From the sequence record NC_054905.1: a stretch of DNA of 64,000 nt. The stretch is one strand, 5' to 3'. Source of the DNA: Enterobacteria phage Kha5h. A program made the translations under genes and the position numbers. Below are positions 39,960 through 49,437 of the stretch, piece after piece. The notes under the pieces were generated by a model, which did no database searches, had not been told where the DNA came from, and saw nothing but the letters and a program-made list of their open reading frames with translations. Position 1 is the first letter of the stretch. Every line of letters starts with the position of its first letter.

Positions 39960-40924
39960 TGTATTCTTTAGAGGAATTTAATAATCAAGCAATAAACGCA
40001 GATTTCCAACGTAATAATATGTTTAGCTGCGTTTTTGCAACAACTCCATCAACTAAAAGCTCTTCGTTGATAAGTTCAATTAGCAACTTTTCTTATAATA
40101 ACTTGGGCCTAAATTCAGATTGGTTAGGATTAACTCAAGGTGATATTAATCAGGGAATTACTACGCTAATTACAGCTGGCACACAAAAACTGATAAGAAA
40201 ATCAGGGGTTAGTAAATATCTTATTGGTGCCATGAGTCAACGTACAGTTCAAAGTTTATTAGGCTCATTTACAGTTGGTACATATTTAATTGACTTCTTT
40301 AACATGGCATATAACTCATCTGGATTGATGATATATTCTGTAAAAATGCCAGAGAATAGATTATCCTATGAAACTGACTGGAACTATAATTCTCCTAATA
40401 TTCGTATAACTGGGAGAGAATTAGACCCTTTGGTTATTTCATTTAGAATGGATTCAGAAGCTTGTAACTATCGTGCAATGCAAGACTGGGTTAACTCCGT
40501 TCAAGACCCAGTAACTGGATTACGTGCTTTGCCACAAGATGTCGAGGCAGATATTCAGGTTAATCTTCATTCTCGCAATGGATTACCTCATACTGCGGTG
40601 ATGTTCACTGGATGCATTCCAGTGTCAGTGAGCGCTCCTGAGTTATCATATGATGGAGATAACCAAATAACTACATTTGATGTTACTTTTGCGTATAGAG
40701 TCATGCAGGCTGGAGCGGTTGATAGACAAGCTGCGCTTGAATGGCTTGAATCTGCTGCTATAAATGGTATTCAAAGCGTTCTCGGAAATAGTGGAGGTGT
40801 TACTGGACTATCTAATTCGCTTTCACGACTTAGTAGATTAGGGGGAACTGCTGGAAGCATTTCAAACATTAATACTATGACGGGAATTGTCAATTCGCAA
40901 AGTAAAATATTAGGAGCAATATAA
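39959..40924 (+). CDS. 54: Baseplate tail-tube initiator gp54
   Basis: 321 aa, synteny; followed by bidirectional terminator. Confidence 0.85.
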   Translation: MYSLEEFNNQAINADFQRNNMFSCVFATTPSTKSSSLISSISNFSYNNLGLNSDWLGLTQGDINQGITTLITAGTQKLIRKSGVSKYLIGAMSQRTVQSLLGSFTVGTYLIDFFNMAYNSSGLMIYSVKMPENRLSYETDWNYNSPNIRITGRELDPLVISFRMDSEACNYRAMQDWVNSVQDPVTGLRALPQDVEADIQVNLHSRNGLPHTAVMFTGCIPVSVSAPELSYDGDNQITTFDVTFAYRVMQAGAVDRQAALEWLESAAINGIQSVLGNSGGVTGLSNSLSRLSRLGGTAGSISNINTMTGIVNSQSKILGAI

Positions 40925-40927
40925 CAA

Positions 40928-40959
40928 TGGGGACCTTTTGGTCCCCATATTTTTATTTA
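40928..40959. terminator. Bidirectional terminator between gene 54 and the alt.-3-like ORF
   Basis: TGGGGACC TTTT GGTCCCCA followed by TATTTTTATTT. Confidence 0.8.
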
Positions 40960-41243
40960 CGGAATGAAATAAAAGCAGCAACTGAAGCAACTAAACTGTC
41001 TTCAATATAAACTTCAATTTTTACCGGAGCTTCTGACTCAAATTTACCTGTTACTACACCTTGGAAAATGCTTTCAGTCTGTTCTGGCTTTGAAAAATTT
41101 TCAGAAGGAAAAATTCCGAACTTTTTATCTGTTCCAAAAATTTTGATAAATTCATCATAAACTGCTTCATTAAAAGCGTTATCAGCAGGAATAACGCCTT
41201 CAACTACAAGTTCTTGACCTAAAAAGCGTAAAGAAGATTTCAT
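40953..41243 (-). CDS. Hypothetical protein (alt.-3-like)
   Basis: 96 aa ORF preceded on the - strand by the 54-bp early promoter cassette with GAGGA RBS. Confidence 0.65.
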   Translation of the reverse strand: MKSSLRFLGQELVVEGVIPADNAFNEAVYDEFIKIFGTDKKFGIFPSENFSKPEQTESIFQGVVTGKFESEAPVKIEVYIEDSLVASVAAFISFRK

Positions 41244-41250
41244 TTTGTGT

Positions 41251-41304
41251 TCCTCATGTTATGTCAGTAAGATTACTATAACACAACACGAGGGACTTGT
41301 AAAC
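41251..41304 (-). promoter_or_regulatory. Early promoter plus leader cassette, copy 1
   Basis: Reverse strand GTTTAC, 17-18 nt, TATAGT, then GAGGA RBS; 54-bp element repeated at 56551-56604. Confidence 0.65.
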
Positions 41305-43361
41305 TACATCTTGAACTTTTTAGACATTCCGTTGATGTTAACCAAAGAAGCCAAGATTTGAGAAACTTCGTTTTCCTCTTCTTTTGATTCTTCTACAAGG
41401 AATTGATTAAACCCAGCCATTGGACGAACTTCACCAGTTTCCATTAGATGATCGCCATCATATACCGATTCTTCTAATTGTTCAGAAGGAGGAACGATTG
41501 TGCCTTCGATTAGATACTTGTTATAAGCAGTTTCTTTCATCATGTACGTGCTTACTTTATTAATCTTCAACAAAATTCCACGCGGTAGAATAACTTCAGC
41601 TTCTGATGGAAATCCTGATAAATGACCTGGAACGATAACTTTGATTCGTTCAGCCCCTTTAATTACCATACCTACGCTAGTTTCAGCATCTTCATTAGCA
41701 TATGTAGAATGACTACCCATATGCATCAAATCTTCTGCATCAACGGAACCTTCTCCTTCACCAGAAAATACTGCGCCGGAATCATCTAGAGCCATATAGT
41801 TTTTACCATGCTCACCGAAGATATTTGGTTTAAGCGATGTGGATACGAAGTTCTTGAAATAGAACATTTTATTTTCAATATTATGACGTAAAGTTTTAAA
41901 GGTAACTTCTTGTCCGCGATAAAGCGTAGTTCCTGGAGGAAGAACTGAACCTTTAGCAAATGCAGAATCCAACGTCTCGATGTGCTTAATAGCTCGTTCC
42001 ATATATTCTTCACGGGTAGAATCTGGTTTACCCAAAAGGAACGAGTTCATTTCAACATATGAATCTGCACAATAATCTTCAATTACATCAGATTCAGCTT
42101 GAGTTAATCCTTTTGGAGTTACTTCAGTGCTTGCGTATTCATATGCCTGGGCAGCAGATTCATTAATCAATTTATAAATGCCATTCATTACAAATTGAAT
42201 AATAGCTGTCTTTTCATCTGGCGTAGCTTTAGAACCTTTAACTAAATCATTGATAATTTTCTTAATAACATCAAAGCTATTAGAAATATTAATATCAGCA
42301 AGATCGCTTAAAATTTTATCAGTTTTATAATCAAAGAATTCTTTATTCTTTAAATATTCTTGAGAACCTTGATATGTTATATCGCTCTGCAACTTGATAG
42401 ATGGATCACGTAAACGTGCATGGGCCAATGCAATATGATTTCGGAAGCTTTCTAGTTCATAATCGTTAGATTTAAAACTAGAAGCACTTCTCATACCACC
42501 GATAGCTCCTTTGCCGAAGTTGGAACCAATCTGAATAACGCCAGAGTTCATTGGTCCTTCTGCTTTATATACCGGAACTTTAGATTCAAACTCTTGATAT
42601 TTCTTAGCGGCGAAGCTATCGCCCTGGAGTGAGGCATCGACAGTAGAATATTGAGCTTGCGCTGCTAATCGACGACTAATTTTAGTTTTCTGAATAACAG
42701 CTTGATCCGTGCGCTTATCATTTTCTAAAGCAATAGAAGCAGCAACAGCAACAGCTTTAGGAACAGCATTACCTGTTTTAACATCTACATAAACATCACC
42801 AACCTTTGATTCAACTTTTGTGAATAACTCAGTTGAAATAGGAGGTACACCTGGAATGTCTTCTAAATTGGCATTTTTACGGTAAACCATAATATATGCG
42901 TACTTTTTATCATAGTCCCAGATTTCCTTTAAAAGAACATATCGACCTGCTCCTTTAGTACGTACTAAACGGTCAGCAATAACTTGCATTTGACGAGCTG
43001 CGCCATTTGTTTTACTCTTTAGTACGCGGAATAGGCATGCGTCGATTTTATACTGCTTCATTGTTTGAAGAGCAGTATCAAAAACAGCATTAATGACGCC
43101 AATTGGATTTCCACCCAAGTTTCTAAGCTTAACCAGCGATAATTTCTCGTTGACACCTATCATTACGATATGCATCATTTTATCGCCTGGCTTAACGTTT
43201 TTATTCGTATCACCACCAGAGGTGTATGTACAAAATCTAAATCCAGGAAGCACGCTTTCTTCGCCGGCTTGAATAGCAAAAATTTGTGGTATTTTATGCT
43301 TAGGATTTAAGTTAACAACCGGCGCCGAAGCGCCGTCAAATAATTCTGTAATAAGTTCCAT
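41304..43361 (-). CDS. Alt-family ADP-ribosyltransferase paralog
   Basis: 685 aa; N-terminus MELITELFD closely similar to the adjacent Alt ORF; C-terminal ART motifs YRGQ, FVSTSL, EAEVILPRG. Confidence 0.8.
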   Translation of the reverse strand: MELITELFDGASAPVVNLNPKHKIPQIFAIQAGEESVLPGFRFCTYTSGGDTNKNVKPGDKMMHIVMIGVNEKLSLVKLRNLGGNPIGVINAVFDTALQTMKQYKIDACLFRVLKSKTNGAARQMQVIADRLVRTKGAGRYVLLKEIWDYDKKYAYIMVYRKNANLEDIPGVPPISTELFTKVESKVGDVYVDVKTGNAVPKAVAVAASIALENDKRTDQAVIQKTKISRRLAAQAQYSTVDASLQGDSFAAKKYQEFESKVPVYKAEGPMNSGVIQIGSNFGKGAIGGMRSASSFKSNDYELESFRNHIALAHARLRDPSIKLQSDITYQGSQEYLKNKEFFDYKTDKILSDLADINISNSFDVIKKIINDLVKGSKATPDEKTAIIQFVMNGIYKLINESAAQAYEYASTEVTPKGLTQAESDVIEDYCADSYVEMNSFLLGKPDSTREEYMERAIKHIETLDSAFAKGSVLPPGTTLYRGQEVTFKTLRHNIENKMFYFKNFVSTSLKPNIFGEHGKNYMALDDSGAVFSGEGEGSVDAEDLMHMGSHSTYANEDAETSVGMVIKGAERIKVIVPGHLSGFPSEAEVILPRGILLKINKVSTYMMKETAYNKYLIEGTIVPPSEQLEESVYDGDHLMETGEVRPMAGFNQFLVEESKEEENEVSQILASLVNINGMSKKFKM

Positions 43362-43364
43362 GAT

Positions 43365-45461
43365 TTATCCTTGAACGAACTTGTAAGGCATGTTTGTAAT
43401 ATCTATGCAAGACGCAATAATTCCAAGAGATGATTCGACTTTCTGTTTAACATTTGATGAAACAAATGATGCAAAATCAACTCTGTCTTCTATTTCAATA
43501 TCACCTGTCATTGCAACTACTTCGCCGGTTTCCATTAAACGGTCTCCGTCATAGATTACCGATTCGGTGAGCTCTTCCGTGGTCATAACTTCAGCTTGAA
43601 TGAGTTTTGTATTATTAGATGTTGTTCCGTCATTATTAGAAGCATCAGTTATTTTATTAACTTTGACCATCAATCCACGCGGTAGAATAACTTCAGCTTC
43701 TGTTGCTATTCCGAGACTTCCTGGATATACAACATTAACTTTATGAGCTCCATCAATTGCCCATCCTATTTGAACTTTAACGTATTCAGGATTTTCTTTA
43801 TACGCTCTTATTTCGTTTGGATTAATAGTTATTCCTTCTTCATTTTTATCAACTGTTAATTCATTGCGAGCTTCTGGTTCTAAAAGACCAATACCAGCAT
43901 GTGTAATTCCAAAACGTCCAAAAATGATAGGAGTTAAAGAAGTAGATACAAAATTTCTGAAGTAGAACACTTTATTTTTAACTAACGCTTCATATATAGG
44001 AGCAGTCATACTTTGAGCACGATAAACTGTAATGCCTTCTGGTATACGGTCACCATTTTCAAAAGCTGAATCTAAGTTATTTATAGCAGATTCAATTTCT
44101 TTTTCACTCATTACATCATATCGTTCTGGATTGTAACGACCTAAAAGAAGATTATTGATGTCAGTATATCCTGAACCGCAATATTCTCTAATGCCACGCT
44201 TTTGTGATGGAGTATATTTAGAACCATCGCGGGCAATAGTAATATCAATCATTGGACCAGCACCAATTCCAGAAAAACTGTAAATCATTCGTTTGAGGAA
44301 TTTAGTTTTTGCTGCGTTCCAGAAATTTTTAGTTATTTCTTCCCAGACTTCATCTGGTTGTCCTTTACGATTTTTATTATGATTAGCAAGCCATTTATCT
44401 TTATAATCTTCAAAGAATTGATTTACAGCTGCTGCGTATTTCTCTAAACATTTTATTGAAGTAGTTGGTTCATTTTTAATTGCATTAAAAATTACTTCTT
44501 TAATTTTTTCTGAAACTTCACCGACTTGACTCATTGGAAAGAATTTATAATCATAGTGAAGTTCATCTGCCGTTCCTTCAGCAATAATTTTTGCTGCCTT
44601 TGTTTTAGAAGCTAATGAATTAATTCCAATTTTCATTTCTTCTGCTTCGGGAATTAAAGGTGCAGTAGCTGGTTTATTAAAATTAGCTGCTGTAGATTCA
44701 TACTTCTGGAATAATTCACTTTCAAATCTAGAAGATTCCAATGACTGACTTTGTGCAATTGCTCTACGTGAAATTTTAACTTTAACGATTACAGCTTGGT
44801 CAGAACGTTTATCATTTTCTTGCGCAATAGATGCTGCAATTGCCTCATTTTTAGTTACTTGAGCTCCAGTATCTTTATTGATATAAACATCGCCGACTTT
44901 CGATTCAACTTTAGTAAAGAGCTCGGTACTAATTTCCGGAACTCCTGGAATGTCTTCTAGTGATACATTTTTGCGATGTATAAGAATATATGCATACTTT
45001 TTATCATAATCCCAGAGTTCCTTAAGAAGGACGTATCTGCCACCTGAACGACTACGGATAAGTCTATCAGCAATAACTTGAATTTGTCGAGCTTGACCAG
45101 CGGTTTTAGACTTAAGAATACGGAGCATACAGGCATCAATTTTATACTGACGCATTGTTTGCATTGCAACAGTAAAAACTGAATTGATATAATTAATTGG
45201 GCTTGGACCAAGACCTTTTAATTTAGCAATTGAACCTTTAGCAGTTAATGTAAAAGGAACAATATGCATCATTTTATCGCCCATCTTTAAATCGCGATTA
45301 GTATCACCTCCAGATGTATAGGTACATAAACGAAAGCCTGGCTGTTCAATTGCATCATCAACGTGAACTGAAAAAATTTGCGGTATTTTCTTCTTTGGAT
45401 TTAAGTTTGTAATCGGAAGAGTAGTATCTTCGTCAAATAATTCTGTAATAAGTTCCATCAT
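43365..45461 (-). CDS. alt: Alt ADP-ribosyltransferase (head-packaged), start possibly at second Met
   Basis: 698 aa; ART R-S-E motifs YRAQ, FVSTSL, EAEVILPRG; both an upstream hairpin and TATAAATA on the - strand. Confidence 0.85.
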   Translation of the reverse strand: MMELITELFDEDTTLPITNLNPKKKIPQIFSVHVDDAIEQPGFRLCTYTSGGDTNRDLKMGDKMMHIVPFTLTAKGSIAKLKGLGPSPINYINSVFTVAMQTMRQYKIDACMLRILKSKTAGQARQIQVIADRLIRSRSGGRYVLLKELWDYDKKYAYILIHRKNVSLEDIPGVPEISTELFTKVESKVGDVYINKDTGAQVTKNEAIAASIAQENDKRSDQAVIVKVKISRRAIAQSQSLESSRFESELFQKYESTAANFNKPATAPLIPEAEEMKIGINSLASKTKAAKIIAEGTADELHYDYKFFPMSQVGEVSEKIKEVIFNAIKNEPTTSIKCLEKYAAAVNQFFEDYKDKWLANHNKNRKGQPDEVWEEITKNFWNAAKTKFLKRMIYSFSGIGAGPMIDITIARDGSKYTPSQKRGIREYCGSGYTDINNLLLGRYNPERYDVMSEKEIESAINNLDSAFENGDRIPEGITVYRAQSMTAPIYEALVKNKVFYFRNFVSTSLTPIIFGRFGITHAGIGLLEPEARNELTVDKNEEGITINPNEIRAYKENPEYVKVQIGWAIDGAHKVNVVYPGSLGIATEAEVILPRGLMVKVNKITDASNNDGTTSNNTKLIQAEVMTTEELTESVIYDGDRLMETGEVVAMTGDIEIEDRVDFASFVSSNVKQKVESSLGIIASCIDITNMPYKFVQG

Positions 45462-45483
45462 AGCCTCTCTAGTGTTTATTCTA

Positions 45484-45511
45484 TTTATAAAATTAAAGGC
45501 CCGAAGGCCTT
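45484..45511 (-). promoter_or_regulatory. Late promoter TATAAATA and upstream hairpin before alt
   Basis: Reverse strand TATAAATA about 25 nt upstream of the alt ATG, preceded by AGGCC TTCG GGCCT hairpin. Confidence 0.55.
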
Positions 45512-45699
45512 TAGTAATCTAGTGGTAAGAGAGTACGATATATTTCAAACTTTGGTCCTTTTTCATAGGCATCAAATGTTTCTGTAAATTTATTATAAGC
45601 GTATGCATCTACAAATTCGAGAATGACTTGTGATACAGAAGTAGAAACATCTCCACCTTCTTTTTGAGCAATGACAATTGTTTCTAAGTAAGCTTTCAT
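45511..45699 (-). CDS. Hypothetical small protein
   Basis: 62 aa ORF between ligase and alt; start overlaps ligase stop. Confidence 0.55.
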   Translation of the reverse strand: MKAYLETIVIAQKEGGDVSTSVSQVILEFVDAYAYNKFTETFDAYEKGPKFEIYRTLLPLDY

Positions 45700-47159
45700 A
45701 GACCAGTTACCTCATGAAAATCACCAAATACATCCTCGAATGTATTAGCTTTAGTTTTATCTTCACGTAAACGAATCGCAATCGGAAGAAATAATTTAAC
45801 GTAATCAGTGCGGCCATCAGATTTTAACCAACCGTTGCATTCGCACTCTAGAATTTTTCCAATATAATAATTTTGGTTTTCCATAATGCGAGTACGGTCA
45901 AGCTCATGTGATTTTACGCCGGCTTTATCTTTTAAGCCTGAACCAGCATTTACTTTAATTTTTCCACATTCTGATTCAAGAATAAATCCACCCGCTTTAG
46001 TAGGGTCTTTACGGTGAGGATAAATTCCTACAATTTTTAAATCAACATCAATTACTTCTTTAAATTTATAAAGATTTTTTGAACGAGCATTTTCCCATAA
46101 TCCATCGATATTTTTGAGAATAATACCTTCAAGACCTTGGTCAATATACTTTTTGTAAATTACCTTAGCTTCATCTAGGTTATTTACTACTTGGTTTTCA
46201 ATTAAAATTACTTTATCATAGCCTGATGTCATTTGTTCTAGTTTAGAAAAACGTACATCATATTTTAAACGAAACGCTGGAAGACCATATATTTCTACTA
46301 ATGGAACATAGTCCCAGACCTGAAACTTCATGCATTGAGCTTCTTTTTCAGAAATGGTTCCTTTTAAGGATTTATTGGCGATTCCATTAGAAGTAGTACG
46401 AGATTCCGCTACTTCGGCGAATTCTTTAGCTTTACTAATTTTAGGATAAGCATCAAAAAGAAAATCTAGGCCTTCTGGTTCCTTTTTAACTTGCTCATGG
46501 TATACCAATTCGCCATCAATTAACACACCTTCTGGATGAATCTGGCGAGCTTCTGCAGTCATTTTGATTAACTCTTCCTTGAGAAGATCTAATCCTAGAT
46601 ATTCATTACCAGCTCGTGATAAAAGACGAACATCATCTAATTCATCACCTCTGACTTCAGCAAAGCACCGAGCTCCATCAGCTTTTAATTGGGCAAAGGC
46701 TGGAAATTTGATATTCTTATTAATGCCTTTTTCATCATAAGAACTTGCCAGCATTTGAGGTTGTTCAGGAATTAAACCTGGCCAAACTTTGTTTGCAATA
46801 GATACTGATGCACCACATTCAAGGTCTCGCATCATCACCCGACGCAAAACTTCAACATCATCTTTTTTACCGTCAGCAATATATCCAGTTAATTCCTCAA
46901 TTGCCGCATTTCCTGTCAATTTCCGAGTAGCTAACGTGAATTCAATGAAGTCAAGCATATCGGTAAGAGTCAACATTCCAAAACTCTGGGTAGCAATACC
47001 CGGTTTAGGCCATTTCTTGATATAATACTGTAACCCACGAGAATAAGTCAGACGATATACTCGTTTAAGCAATTCATTATCTTTATTCTTTTCAAGAATT
47101 GCTTGCTTCTGCTTAGTTGAACCAATAGATGCTATTTCGTTCAGAATTTTAAGAATCAT
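45696..47159 (-). CDS. 30: ATP-dependent DNA ligase gp30
   Basis: 487 aa, T4 ligase length; adenylation motif KADGARC. Confidence 0.92.
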   Translation of the reverse strand: MILKILNEIASIGSTKQKQAILEKNKDNELLKRVYRLTYSRGLQYYIKKWPKPGIATQSFGMLTLTDMLDFIEFTLATRKLTGNAAIEELTGYIADGKKDDVEVLRRVMMRDLECGASVSIANKVWPGLIPEQPQMLASSYDEKGINKNIKFPAFAQLKADGARCFAEVRGDELDDVRLLSRAGNEYLGLDLLKEELIKMTAEARQIHPEGVLIDGELVYHEQVKKEPEGLDFLFDAYPKISKAKEFAEVAESRTTSNGIANKSLKGTISEKEAQCMKFQVWDYVPLVEIYGLPAFRLKYDVRFSKLEQMTSGYDKVILIENQVVNNLDEAKVIYKKYIDQGLEGIILKNIDGLWENARSKNLYKFKEVIDVDLKIVGIYPHRKDPTKAGGFILESECGKIKVNAGSGLKDKAGVKSHELDRTRIMENQNYYIGKILECECNGWLKSDGRTDYVKLFLPIAIRLREDKTKANTFEDVFGDFHEVTGL

Positions 47160-47425
47160 TGTTCATCCTTTAGAGTTTGGTTTACAGCTCTATTATAAAT
47201 CAATTCATCATTAAGCTCAGTCAAAGACCTGTGGTACGTGGTTCTAACTTTATTTCCTTGCATCCAGTGCTTGACGTAAATGAAACCTTGCTCTACACAT
47301 TTTTTAAAAATTCGTTCGTCTTTTTGAGCTCGGAATTCTGGATTGCATCTAAAAAATTGATTTACGTGACCGTAATCACGTGTAGTATTACCTTCATTTT
47401 CATAAATAGTGTGAACGACAAACAT
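47156..47425 (-). CDS. Hypothetical protein (30.1-like)
   Basis: 89 aa ORF, translationally coupled to ligase. Confidence 0.6.
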   Translation of the reverse strand: MFVVHTIYENEGNTTRDYGHVNQFFRCNPEFRAQKDERIFKKCVEQGFIYVKHWMQGNKVRTTYHRSLTELNDELIYNRAVNQTLKDEQ

Positions 47426-48261
47426 TAGAATGCTCCTTGGAAAATATTATCACCACTAGTAGGTCTATTATACAAATACTCTATGCCACCGGGTTTAATA
47501 TAGTTCCATGTCTGAAACGGATGCGTCTGATATGGATGATATGGATTATAAGGATTAAACCCAGGAGTTCTCCAGGTAGTGTTCCAAGGAAAAGAATCGT
47601 TTTTGATCATCTTCTCAATTACATCTTTTATAGCTTTTTCACGATCAAAACTTTCTTTAATTTCCTTCGATGGAAAAAGCTTATTCTCGACATCATTCCA
47701 TGTATAAACTCGCTGTGCAGTTTTTGGAATACTGTCACGCTCTCCTCGAGCCATCCAATAAACAGGAACATTTAATATTTCACTCGCGTGATCGCAGTGG
47801 TGAGCGAGATCGTCAATATAACAAATTACGTTATATTTTTCTTTTGCTTTTTTGAACAGCTCTTCTTTTGAAGAATCATGACTACACATCAGTACTTCTG
47901 AGAAGGCACCAGGAAAAAGAGCATTCAAATTAAATTGACGATTCAGCAGAGCGTCAATAGAATCACCCAATGCTGTAACAGCTACAAAATTATAATCTTC
48001 TTTTAATTTGTTAATTACACACAGGGCATCTTTATATGGAGACAAGTAACGAATAAAATCTGAACGATTATATTTTTCAATTAACTTGACACCAAGTTCT
48101 TCATCACAGTTAAAGAGTTTACCTGGAGAAATAAATTTTTCGTCTTGAATCATTTTTAAAATATGTTCTAATGGAAGATTATATTTTTGGGCAAAATAAG
48201 GAAGGCCTGATTGCCAGCTTAAACATACTCCATCAATATCAGTTAAAATAGTAGGCTTCAT
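47425..48261 (-). CDS. HAD-superfamily-like hydrolase (30.2-like)
   Basis: 278 aa; N-terminal motif ILTDIDGV and a later YIDD motif resemble HAD phosphatase motifs I and IV. Confidence 0.6.
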   Translation of the reverse strand: MKPTILTDIDGVCLSWQSGLPYFAQKYNLPLEHILKMIQDEKFISPGKLFNCDEELGVKLIEKYNRSDFIRYLSPYKDALCVINKLKEDYNFVAVTALGDSIDALLNRQFNLNALFPGAFSEVLMCSHDSSKEELFKKAKEKYNVICYIDDLAHHCDHASEILNVPVYWMARGERDSIPKTAQRVYTWNDVENKLFPSKEIKESFDREKAIKDVIEKMIKNDSFPWNTTWRTPGFNPYNPYHPYQTHPFQTWNYIKPGGIEYLYNRPTSGDNIFQGAF

Positions 48262-48716
48262 AGAGAGTCTCTTAATAGGTTTAACACATCAATAAATTCA
48301 GCTTCGGTTAGTATTGTATCATCTTTTGTTAGACCACTAGCCATGCTGTGCTTCAAAACTTTTCCTTTCGAGGCTTGTAATGCATCACGAAAGCCCTTGT
48401 TTTGAATCGCTGCTTCAAAATATGCATTTGTGTATAATTCTTTCCACGCCGGGGAGTATCTTGAAAACGGAACTCCAAGCCAGAAGAGGGTCCCACGGTC
48501 CTGAGCTCTAGCATAAGACCTTCCAGCTTGTTGAGCGGCAAGCCCGGATAACCCAAATATACGACGTTGTTGTTCAACGTTTTTCACCTTGCATCCTTGG
48601 AGGAATCCTTCAAGACCTCCAAATTGAATACCATCCATGACGAAAGGCCATTGGGCGAAATTACTTAATGCACATGATGGCCACCTAAAATTGCTTCTAA
48701 TCTCTAACTCAGACAT
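48258..48716 (-). CDS. NADAR (YbiA-like) domain protein (30.3-like)
   Basis: Track ORF starts at an upstream non-ATG codon; ATG at 48716 gives 152 aa; motif LSNFAQWPFVMDG matches the FSNFAxWPxxxDG core of YbiA/NADAR proteins. Confidence 0.65.
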   Translation of the reverse strand: MSELEIRSNFRWPSCALSNFAQWPFVMDGIQFGGLEGFLQGCKVKNVEQQRRIFGLSGLAAQQAGRSYARAQDRGTLFWLGVPFSRYSPAWKELYTNAYFEAAIQNKGFRDALQASKGKVLKHSMASGLTKDDTILTEAEFIDVLNLLRDSL

Positions 48717-48915
48717 TTTCAATGCTTATAATCTCAACATCAGCCCAATGACCATAGCAAGGAAGACGAAATTCAACTGGCCAGTTAGGATCCTTTTCTA
48801 ATATAATAGACTTAACTTGTGGTTCTTCATGTTCATCAGTATATGGATTTTTATCTGTTACTTTATATGTGACCTTAATGTACTGAATTCCAAAAATCTT
48901 ATTAATTATATTCAT
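48709..48915 (-). CDS. Hypothetical small protein
   Basis: 68 aa ORF in the tightly packed - strand cluster. Confidence 0.5.
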   Translation of the reverse strand: MNIINKIFGIQYIKVTYKVTDKNPYTDEHEEPQVKSIILEKDPNWPVEFRLPCYGHWADVEIISIENV

Positions 48916-49109
48916 ACTAATTCCTTTAATCCGTAAATAGGAGATAATTCATCACCCATGCGAAGGTCTTCATTTCCATCTACCCAGGAAACAATATAAG
49001 CCTCTTTTATTTGAATACCACTCCATTTAAATGGAGGTAGAACCTTAGAAATTAATCCAGGTATACCAACTCCCTTTAATTCAACAGTTTGACCTAAAAA
49101 GAATTTCAT
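48912..49109 (-). CDS. Hypothetical small protein
   Basis: 65 aa ORF, start overlaps upstream stop. Confidence 0.5.
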   Translation of the reverse strand: MKFFLGQTVELKGVGIPGLISKVLPPFKWSGIQIKEAYIVSWVDGNEDLRMGDELSPIYGLKELV

Positions 49110-49396
49110 TAGAACCTCATCTGAAAACCGTGCGATTTAACATTACCGCCACCAATATCAGAGATATTAATTTCGCGCGCAATTGAAGGGTCAATGTCAA
49201 TTTCACGATTGAGTTTAGTGATAGCTAAAGTATCGCGCCCATTTACAGTACGAAACTCTAAAGGACAAACCACATCAACGTAGTTTTTAATCGATTCACT
49301 GGTAGGCTGCAAATGAGCAGGAAGGTCTTTAGGCGCCTTTGAGAAAACAACTTCGCAGAAGTTTTTACGGGTATCAAAATAAGTAGTCATAAACAT
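49109..49396 (-). CDS. Hypothetical protein; start trimmed to the ATG after a GAGGA RBS
   Basis: Track ORF of 107 aa runs through an upstream hairpin; Met 13 is preceded by GAGGAAA, giving 96 aa. Confidence 0.55.
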   Translation of the reverse strand: MFMTTYFDTRKNFCEVVFSKAPKDLPAHLQPTSESIKNYVDVVCPLEFRTVNGRDTLAITKLNREIDIDPSIAREINISDIGGGNVKSHGFQMRF

Positions 49397-49437
49397 AATA
49401 TTTTCCTCAGTAAGGGGCCGAAGCCCCCTCATTTATT

